34,729 bases of DNA from a virus (lineage: Duplodnaviria; Caudoviricetes), in IMG/VR virus record IMGVR_UViG_3300014656_006071, positions 1-34,729 of that record. The stretch is one strand, 5' to 3'. Within the stretch, counting starts at the first letter, position 1, and the number at the start of each line of letters is the position of its first letter. The translations under genes were made by a program, and so were the position numbers. Shown here in pieces: positions 28,601-34,729 of this stretch. The notes below the pieces were generated by a model that searched no databases, was not told where the DNA came from, and worked only from the letters and a program-made list of their open reading frames with translations.

Positions 28601-31600
28601 CACTATACCCAGAAAGACCAGAAAAGCCAGATATTCCAGAGTATCCGCTGGTTCCAGTTCCACCAGTTTCGCCACTGTATCCACTCGTTCCTTGTTCACC
28701 ACTATAACCACTCTCCCCCTCTCCGCTATAACCAGAATATCCTGACGTACCTATGCCTGAATAACCTGAAGCGCCATCTTGTCCGTCTTCACCCGAGATG
28801 CCACTGTATCCAGATATGCCGCTGTAGCCAGATTCTCCAGAATAACCACTTGAAGCGGCGGCGCCTGGCGTACCAGAGTAGCCAGAATAACCAGAGACAC
28901 CTGAGGTTCCCTTAGGGGCCCATCCAAAGCCTACGAAGTCACCATCGGCGAATGAGCCATTATGTGTTAGATATGTAACAACGAATGTATGATAGTTACC
29001 ATTATCTATATTCGAAGTTACGTTAAATATAATATAATTGTATGCTGCGTTCTCGTCAAATATTCTTATTTTATCGCCAGCAACAATTGCATCAAGAACT
29101 GGATCTGTGAATCCAGAGAGACGATCTGTATCATAAACATATATCTCAGTGACGAGACCATATGTAGCACTATTAAATTCAATCTCTCCAGTGAGAGGAC
29201 TTTCATCTATATCATCACTGAATATATATAGAAGCGTCCAGCCGCCAGTATCCCCACTGTAACCGCTGATACCAGAAATGCCAGAGAAGCCACTGTAGCC
29301 AGACCTTCCAGAGAAACCAGAGATACCAGAAGGACCTTGAGGACCGGCGTCACCAGTCACTCCGCTAAAGCCAGATATACCGCTATATCCACTTATACTA
29401 CTATAGCCAGACTGCCCAGAGTATCCACTGAAACCAGAGGTGCCTTCACCACTATAGCCAGAGATACCAGAATGACCAGAGACTCCTGAATACCCAGAGA
29501 TACCAGAATCTCCAGAGTAACCGGATATACCCGATTCTCCTTGTTCCCCACTGTAACCAGAGATTCCACTATATCCGGAGACACCAGAGTATCCAGATGT
29601 ACCTTCGCCAGAATACCCTGATTGACCAGAATACCCACTGAAGCCACTATAGCCAGAAGCTCCGCCGGGGTCTCCGCTCTCTCCACTATATCCTGAATAT
29701 CCTGATGTACCAGGAGAATCTCCACTATAGCCAGAGAATCCACTATAGCCACTCAACCCAGTATCGCCAGCACCAGAATATCCTGATTGACCACTATACC
29801 CAGATGAACCTATGCCACTATAGCCACTGGTTCCTTCACCGGAATAACCACTAGCACCCATGGCGCCACTATAGCCAGAAATACCAGAGTATCCACTTAT
29901 ACCATATTGTCCGGAATATCCGCTAGTGCCAAACTTACCCGAGTATCCAGAGAGACCACTGTCACCGGTTTCTCCACTGTATCCAGACTGTCCGCTATAT
30001 CCAGAGGTACCCTCTTCTCCACTATAACCGGAGTGACCAGAATAACCCGATTGACCCGATTGTCCTACTTCTCCGCTATAGCCCGATTGTCCTGAATATC
30101 CACTGAATCCTGAAGGTCCTTCTGGTCCATAGTCTCCGCTATAGCCACTCTGGCCGGCGGGACCACTATAACCAGAGTAACCCGATTGACCAGAAGCTCC
30201 TACTCCGCCAGAGATACCAACATACATACTGTCATTTGTGGCAGATGTAAATATTCCTGATATTCCGTATACACCAAAGCGCGCATCAACAGGCGTAACT
30301 GTTCCAGTGTCAGCATCAACGTGTTCTAATCTATACTCATATGCTGTATCTATTACGCTAATGTAGCCCGCGGGCATTAGTCCATTTTGTGTATCGTCAG
30401 CCTCACGAATCGCCGCTGAGTGTTCGGCTTCTGTTAGGTGGTATTGCTCAGGAGGAGGCCCAGATGTTCCACCTTGGACGTTTGACAGCGCCCAGTGAGA
30501 CATCATACCGCCAGTCGGCCCCCAAACACTAGTTTCATCTGAGTAAGAATAATGAACTAGTTCATCATATACCCAGGTAGTCATACCATCAAGAGGAGAG
30601 GTATAACTCCAAGTGCTATTGTCCCATTCGGCTACTTCATTATCATGCCCAGACCAGTCGCCAGTAGCACCACCGGGGGCTGAGGCAGCACCAATAGACC
30701 AGAACGTAGCATTATCAGATCTATTATTATGCCACGTAATATGGTCATCATCGCCCCACGCCTCATCAACTACAAAGAATTCCCTAATTGTACCAGTAAA
30801 ATATTGACCAGATGCCGTACCATTATCAAAATCTTTTGTATTTCCTCCGGTATATGCTAATCCTCCATCGCCGGAATGAGCATTGATAAAATCAGTAGTT
30901 GCATGGGCATCCTCGGCATCCATTTCTACGCCATTGACATATAATTTATATTCGCCAGGATAGGCATATGACATTGTTACATAATATATGGTATTAATGG
31001 AAATATTTCCATTAGAGTCTACACCCGGCGCCGCACGATCGGTAACTAGATAGTCACCAGACCATCCTTGGCTCTCACTCCACCATCTAGCATATATTTT
31101 GTTATTACGTATATAAAGGAGGCAACCATTGACGTTGCCACCTTCGGCCAAAATGGTTTGTCTGGTGATTATATCTGAACCAGTCTCAAATATAAAGTTA
31201 TGTGTTCTAATAGACCATTGCTGTTCTAGATATGCTATATCTTTTAGATTCCAGGCATCGTTTCCATCATAGGCTATACCGAGACCATAGGTGCCGTTAT
31301 CAGCCGCGGGATCACTTACGATGCCGTATATATTACGAGCATATGTAGTGCGATCGTCGCCAGCGGTATCCATATGATAGAATAGCCCATAGGTAGAGGG
31401 ATATGTCGATTCGGGTGTATTGGTAGCATCGTTAGTAGAACTATAATACATATAGATTGTGTACGGGGCATCAGCATCTAGAGAAGGTACCTTGACACGC
31501 GCTACGAACACTTGTCCAATAGGATCATATATTTCAATGTCATGATGAATTCTGGTATAGCCATCAGAGTCGGTGAATAGAATATCTCTACCGTCATTCT

Positions 31601-32123
31601 TGGCATATGTAAAGAGATGATCTACCCCGTTTATTTCAACCGAGAGAACGACATTTGTATCATCCGCCGAAACCTTGGTATTATCGGTTGTCAATCGGCG
31701 ACGTATATACCATGCTGAGTTATACCAGTTAGCACTAGGAGCAATGAGATATCTGTCTCCAGTAGAAGGAGACACAGGAGGAGACGAGAGGTCTTTATCA
31801 AGGACAGGATCGATCCAAACTATTGCGCCACCGGCGCCCTGCCCCCAAGGAGCATAGATACCATCATAGTTAATGGTCGCAGTAGAATCGGTAATAGCTA
31901 GTACATCATTACGCACTTGGAGAACGCGGGCTAGACCAAGGGGATCACCATCAATTTCCCTGAAAATAATCTCTGGATTAGTTATTGAAGCCACGGAGGC
32001 ACTCAATAACCAGACATCATAATCCATAGCTGGCCACGTATTAGAGACGAGGGTATCTCCCCAACCCGTAGATGATACAGGATGGGGAACAGTCCAAGAC
32101 ATATATACCGTGGAAGATACCAC
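25674..32123 (-). CDS. Giant collagen-like fibre protein (split DUF2793, DUF2341/LamG, Gly-X-Ser repeats, C1q-like C-terminus)
   Basis: 2149 aa. DUF2341-like '[12 protein letters not shown]...KVPSL...IYMYY' followed by a LamG-like domain. Two G-X-Y tracts, two 112-aa paralogous domains, and a C-terminal C1q/TNF-like '[18 protein letters not shown]...IYKNG...DYIELY'. Confidence 0.88.
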   Translation of the reverse strand: MVSSTVYMSWTVPHPVSSTGWGDTLVSNTWPAMDYDVWLLSASVASITNPEIIFREIDGDPLGLARVLQVRNDVLAITDSTATINYDGIYAPWGQGAGGAIVWIDPVLDKDLSSPPVSPSTGDRYLIAPSANWYNSAWYIRRRLTTDNTKVSADDTNVVLSVEINGVDHLFTYAKNDGRDILFTDSDGYTRIHHDIEIYDPIGQVFVARVKVPSLDADAPYTIYMYYSSTNDATNTPESTYPSTYGLFYHMDTAGDDRTTYARNIYGIVSDPAADNGTYGLGIAYDGNDAWNLKDIAYLEQQWSIRTHNFIFETGSDIITRQTILAEGGNVNGCLLYIRNNKIYARWWSESQGWSGDYLVTDRAAPGVDSNGNISINTIYYVTMSYAYPGEYKLYVNGVEMDAEDAHATTDFINAHSGDGGLAYTGGNTKDFDNGTASGQYFTGTIREFFVVDEAWGDDDHITWHNNRSDNATFWSIGAASAPGGATGDWSGHDNEVAEWDNSTWSYTSPLDGMTTWVYDELVHYSYSDETSVWGPTGGMMSHWALSNVQGGTSGPPPEQYHLTEAEHSAAIREADDTQNGLMPAGYISVIDTAYEYRLEHVDADTGTVTPVDARFGVYGISGIFTSATNDSMYVGISGGVGASGQSGYSGYSGPAGQSGYSGDYGPEGPSGFSGYSGQSGYSGEVGQSGQSGYSGHSGYSGEEGTSGYSGQSGYSGETGDSGLSGYSGKFGTSGYSGQYGISGYSGISGYSGAMGASGYSGEGTSGYSGIGSSGYSGQSGYSGAGDTGLSGYSGFSGYSGDSPGTSGYSGYSGESGDPGGASGYSGFSGYSGQSGYSGEGTSGYSGVSGYSGISGYSGEQGESGISGYSGDSGISGYSGVSGHSGISGYSGEGTSGFSGYSGQSGYSSISGYSGISGFSGVTGDAGPQGPSGISGFSGRSGYSGFSGISGISGYSGDTGGWTLLYIFSDDIDESPLTGEIEFNSATYGLVTEIYVYDTDRLSGFTDPVLDAIVAGDKIRIFDENAAYNYIIFNVTSNIDNGNYHTFVVTYLTHNGSFADGDFVGFGWAPKGTSGVSGYSGYSGTPGAAASSGYSGESGYSGISGYSGISGEDGQDGASGYSGIGTSGYSGYSGEGESGYSGEQGTSGYSGETGGTGTSGYSGISGFSGLSGYSGSDGVGESGYSGTSGYSAATGASGTSGYSGISGYSGESGYSGVSGISGYSGTSGYSGISGYSGYSGPTGDTGTSGFSGYSGPSGYSGISGYSGLSGYSAAAGGPGTSGFSGYSGVSGYSGYSGYSGDSGLSGYSGESGTSGYSGYSGEGTSGYSGYSGEDGATGDSGISGYSGFSGQDGIEGTSGYSGTSGWSGYSGYSGYSGPSGYSGLSGYSAIAGGPGASGYSGYSGEGTSGYSGYSGISGYSGTDGSTGESGYSGISGYSGISGYSGISGYSGDTGATGDTGATGTSGYSGPSGFSGYSGPSGFSGYSGADGNDGASGYSGISGYSGVSGYSGAGTSGYSGVSGYSGISGYSGATGPEGAGTSGYSGQSGYSGISGYSGGVGATGTSGYSGTSGYSGATGGAGPTGTSGYSGISGYSGTDGSDGADGATGTSGYSGISGYSGFSGISGYSGATGPEGPTGPTGTSGYSGISGYSGATGATGDTGATGISGYSGISGYSGATGATGDTGATGTSGYSGISGYSGATGATGDTGATGTSGYSGISGYSGATGATGVSGYSGISGYSGISGYSGATGATGDTGATGTSGYSGISGYSGISGYSGISGYSGATGATGDTGATGTSGYSGISGYSGISGYSGDTGATGSEGISGYSGTSGYSGDTGATGDSGFSGYSGISGFSGISGFSGISGFSGLSGYSGSMGSTGGWTLLYQFSTDTSEPPAAGHIEFDNANPLIVSNITISTTDRNSASVGVVLAELKSGDSVRIFKESDPSVFVHYKLTVVTNLVTYYKCSITYQAHNGSLSNDDNIGFGFAPVGTSGFSGVSGFSGATIGPKCRAYLGSNQLNLVNNTWTQVQLDTETYDITAIFDTGTYRCTPNVEGYYLVVGSVNFIGSSIVVGKRYACAIYKNGALVTDNHIHSSLAAALTVQATDVIYCNGITDYIELYALSVSGDNAVDISGISQATYLTVHRIS
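26484..28910 (-). repeat. Coding Gly-X-Ser/Thr collagen-like tract 2 (aa about 1072-1880)
   Basis: Same triplets, plus higher-order units such as [24 protein letters not shown] repeated towards the C-terminal end. Confidence 0.9.
29247..30218 (-). repeat. Coding Gly-X-Ser collagen-like tract 1 (aa about 636-959)
   Basis: Translation is dominated by [18 protein letters not shown] triplets, with 9-nt periodicity and degenerate codons. Confidence 0.9.
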
Positions 32124-32128
32124 TTACA

Positions 32129-32515
32129 TCACCATGTCCAGGTAGTTCTACTCCAACCAGAAGGAGTACGTCTATTACCTATGACGCCAATGGAGCCAGC
32201 ACTAGCGCAGTTTAATCTCACAACAACAGAAGAACCAGAGTTGCCACGGAGGTCGTCGCCAAATTCAAAGCCAAAGGGGGAATTCGTAACGATAGTAGTA
32301 TATATAGAATTTATCCCATTAGTGGTGCTACTGTTGAATACTTCGATAACACCATTCGCAGCATCGCTCCTGCCAGTGATACAGGTAAGAACGACGATGT
32401 CGTGTGGCCCTCTTGGATCAATAGTAAAGGAGATATAGCCACCAGAGACACCAGAACTCCAAGCGGCGAAGGAGGTTCCAAAACCAAACATTGCTGACTG
32501 CTCGGCTTGTTGCAT
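32129..32515 (-). CDS. Beta-rich hypothetical protein, paralog of 32516-32899
   Basis: 128 aa. Shares FG, G.SD.A, NSPF, DLR..SG, AG...VIGN...P.G motifs with its neighbour in the same register. Confidence 0.75.
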   Translation of the reverse strand: MQQAEQSAMFGFGTSFAAWSSGVSGGYISFTIDPRGPHDIVVLTCITGRSDAANGVIEVFNSSTTNGINSIYTTIVTNSPFGFEFGDDLRGNSGSSVVVRLNCASAGSIGVIGNRRTPSGWSRTTWTW

Positions 32516-32899
32516 TTAGACCCACTCCGGAGCTGAGCTACTACACCCAAAGGGAATCTGTTGGTTACCTATAACACATAGGGTACCAGCAGTAGTAGCT
32601 CCTAGCGATATTACCAACGTCTGTCCAGATACAGACCTAAGATCTTCAAATGTTAGACTAAATGGAGAATTGCCAACTTCGTGTCTGCCTATCTCAGTGA
32701 AGCCAGCTGTGCCACTACTTCTAAAGAGTAGGGCGGCTGTAGCCAGGTCGCTATCTCCCATTACCGTAGTAGGAAATATTACAGCATGTGCATGTATCGG
32801 CGAAATCGACACCGTAATCAAATTCGATGCTACCGCCGTAGAGGAATCCGAGAAATGCTTCCCCGGTCCGAATAGTGCGTACTTCTCAGAGTACTTCAT
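32516..32899 (-). CDS. Beta-rich hypothetical protein, paralog of 32129-32515
   Basis: 127 aa, with the shared motifs listed for its paralog. AGGTG RBS upstream. Confidence 0.75.
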   Translation of the reverse strand: MKYSEKYALFGPGKHFSDSSTAVASNLITVSISPIHAHAVIFPTTVMGDSDLATAALLFRSSGTAGFTEIGRHEVGNSPFSLTFEDLRSVSGQTLVISLGATTAGTLCVIGNQQIPFGCSSSAPEWV

Positions 32900-32907
32900 T
32901 TCATCAC

Positions 32908-33297
32908 CTATATATAACTGTAGGGCTTAGTCCTACTTGTATTCTCATCTTTATGGAAATATTCCATAATCTCATGAAGCAATAATTTCTCATCAACATT
33001 TGTTTCTCCGTGCTCTCTCATAGCTTTCATAATGGCACGAACTAGACGAGACTTCTCTTTTGGAGGCAATGCCGAGAAGAAATTACCCATAATGAAATTG
33101 TTGGCGGATGTCTGTATATAATCATTCATTTGCATCAAAATTGCATCTTGCTGTCCTACTATTCTTGCTTGTATCCTTGTTAATTCATCCAGTCTTTCTA
33201 TCGTCCTATTCTGGATAGCTGCAATCTTGTAGGCCATATAAAGACATCCGAAGAACGCCAGAGAGACGACCGTAGCCAAAATGATATGAACTGTCAA
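32908..33297 (-). CDS. Single-pass membrane protein with coiled coil
   Basis: 129 aa. Hydrophobic N-terminus 'IILATVVSLAFFGCLYMAY' followed by a heptad-like helix. Confidence 0.65.
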   Translation of the reverse strand: MTVHIILATVVSLAFFGCLYMAYKIAAIQNRTIERLDELTRIQARIVGQQDAILMQMNDYIQTSANNFIMGNFFSALPPKEKSRLVRAIMKAMREHGETNVDEKLLLHEIMEYFHKDENTSRTKPYSYI

Positions 33298-33917
33298 TTG
33301 TCTATTCCAAGTTTCTTTCTCTGTTCTACAGAGATGGTTTCACGCAGGCGAGACGCGTGTGAGGCATAATCTATGTTATTCCTACCATGCAAATGAAGAT
33401 GATTATGTATAGAATTACCACTCGAACCGAGTTCTTTGGAGAGCTTCATTATACGATTGAACATCAGCTCTTGTAGCTGTACAGCATTTGATATTTCCAT
33501 ATTTATAAGTTCTTCACCTGTAGCTTCGTTATAGCCAGCAATTTTTGGGGTCTCAAACGAACCAGTCACCATGCTGCGCGAGGCGCGCTCATACATAACA
33601 AAGGCATCAGTCAGGAGCTTTATCTTGTGGAGTATCAGGACCTCATCAGGCTGTACTGATAGCTCAGACGCGATAGCTGTAAATGTATACGCAACCATCC
33701 CAATTTCAATTGGACATTTTTTGCCTCTCTTAGGCTTATCAACAGTACAGGTCTCTCTATATGGACAGCCGTCCCTTCCGGGACAGGCCATAGGTATACC
33801 GGCACAGAATCCGTGAGTATAGCGAGTTATAGATGTCTTAACTACATCATCAAGACAATCAGCCGCGATTGGAAATAGTTGTAGGCTCAATGCTGGTTTA
33901 TTTTCTGAATCTGACAC
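33294..33917 (-). CDS. Cys-rich (Zn-binding) helical protein; weak candidate for terminase small subunit
   Basis: 207 aa. 'CPGRDGCPYRETC...KKCPIE' followed by a helix-hairpin-helix region. The function call is inferred from size and position only. Confidence 0.45.
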   Translation of the reverse strand: MSDSENKPALSLQLFPIAADCLDDVVKTSITRYTHGFCAGIPMACPGRDGCPYRETCTVDKPKRGKKCPIEIGMVAYTFTAIASELSVQPDEVLILHKIKLLTDAFVMYERASRSMVTGSFETPKIAGYNEATGEELINMEISNAVQLQELMFNRIMKLSKELGSSGNSIHNHLHLHGRNNIDYASHASRLRETISVEQRKKLGIDN

Positions 33918-34287
33918 GTAGATAATCCTCGCTCATCGCTATGGTGAATAAAGATAACTTATCACTCATAGGATATGTAATGGTGCCTCCGTGATTCGAG
34001 GCACCCAGGATTTTGGCAATCTTTTCCGCCACGAGCCTTGACGCTATACTCGACAGATATCCAAAGTGTGTTTTGATATGTATCCATAGGTCGTTGTCAT
34101 AAGATTCTAAGGATATAGTGATGGGAACAATCTTGGTCCCCATCCCTAATATATCTAACACATATCGGCATCTTATATCAGGAGGCTCAATGATGACATC
34201 TTTAATGTCATATTGATCGCGTAGAAATATAGAGTAGCAATCAATAAACTCTCGAAGATATTCGATGCTTATATTGATAGCTATCAT
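33898..34287 (-). CDS. Hypothetical protein
   Basis: 129 aa, TAATG overlap with the upstream gene, AGGA RBS. Confidence 0.6.
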   Translation of the reverse strand: MIAINISIEYLREFIDCYSIFLRDQYDIKDVIIEPPDIRCRYVLDILGMGTKIVPITISLESYDNDLWIHIKTHFGYLSSIASRLVAEKIAKILGASNHGGTITYPMSDKLSLFTIAMSEDYLRVRFRK

Positions 34288-34469
34288 TAGTCCTTCTTTA
34301 TAAGAGCGCCAAGGGTTGTCGCGAGATCCATAATGGCTTTATATGCACCCATCGCTACTTGCAGGTCATCAATAGCAAGAGATACTGTCTTACCAGTAGA
34401 CAACTGAACGACATTAGCAATTATCTTCTGTCCTGCTTCTATATTAATTTCAATGTTGAAATCGTCCAT
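34287..34469 (-). CDS. Hypothetical protein
   Basis: 60 aa, coupled on both sides by TAATG overlaps. Confidence 0.6.
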   Translation of the reverse strand: MDDFNIEINIEAGQKIIANVVQLSTGKTVSLAIDDLQVAMGAYKAIMDLATTLGALIKKD

Positions 34470-34729
34470 TACTTCTTCTCCGGTACGCCTATCTTGTCGG
34501 CTATCTTATTAATGCCCATCCAATAGGCATCGTCGATGACCTTCATAATCTCCGCTTCATCGACATAAGGGAACTTCTCCTTGAACTTAGCAATGAGTTC
34601 AGTGAACTCGGGCTTGAGTTCATCATTTGCCTTCTCGGCCAGTTCCCAGAAGCCCATTCCATAGACTCTTTTTCCAAAGCGAATGAGCCAATTAATGAAC
34701 TTATCCCACTTTTCTTTTATCCAGTTCAT
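34469..34729 (-). CDS. Hypothetical protein with amphipathic N-terminal helix (start at window edge, may extend upstream)
   Basis: 86 aa, beginning 'MNWIKEKWDKFINWLIRF'. Upstream context is not visible. Confidence 0.55.
   Translation of the reverse strand: MNWIKEKWDKFINWLIRFGKRVYGMGFWELAEKANDELKPEFTELIAKFKEKFPYVDEAEIMKVIDDAYWMGINKIADKIGVPEKK

Noticed and set aside
26531-29752. Val/Leu/Ile-rich minus-strand ORFs in alternative frames that look membrane-like
   Set aside because: They are shifted readings of the Gly-X-Ser codons, with no independent support.
26484-30218. Dense short DNA repeats resembling a CRISPR array or satellite
   Set aside because: The period is 9 nt, copies are degenerate at synonymous positions, there are no unique spacers, and all lie in one open frame.
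1392-33816. All plus-strand ORFs in the track
   Set aside because: They are short, antisense to well-supported genes and have no recognisable motifs.

Overview
The whole window is one tightly packed minus-strand gene block from a tailed bacteriophage with a contractile tail (myovirus morphotype), in the standard genetic code. It has GGAGG-type ribosome-binding sites and many overlapping stop/start codons. In transcription order (high to low coordinates) it runs: small hypothetical genes and a Cys-rich candidate small terminase; two tandem beta-rich paralogs; a 2149-aa fibre protein with about 1130 residues of Gly-X-Ser/Thr collagen-like repeats and a C1q-like end; a free-standing HNH endonuclease with its own perfect sigma70 promoter; a 920-aa methyltransferase-GT2-GT2-GT9 fusion; three Gly/Arg/Met-rich proteins; an apparently catalytically dead aminotransferase-fold protein; large terminase; portal; prohead protease; scaffold-like genes; decoration-like protein; major capsid protein; Ig/FN3 and neck proteins; a second sheath-like protein; tail sheath; and a truncated tail-tube-like gene. 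From recalled motifs, not a search, the tube, sheath and neck genes resemble large myoviruses such as Bacillus phage 0305phi8-36. The best candidate for an undescribed system is phage-encoded virion O-glycosylation: a four-domain glycan-building enzyme beside a Ser-at-Y collagen fibre, plus a [ST]-G-[ST] motif enriched in predicted surface virion proteins and absent from the enzymes, portal and capsid protein. All family assignments come from reading motifs by eye.
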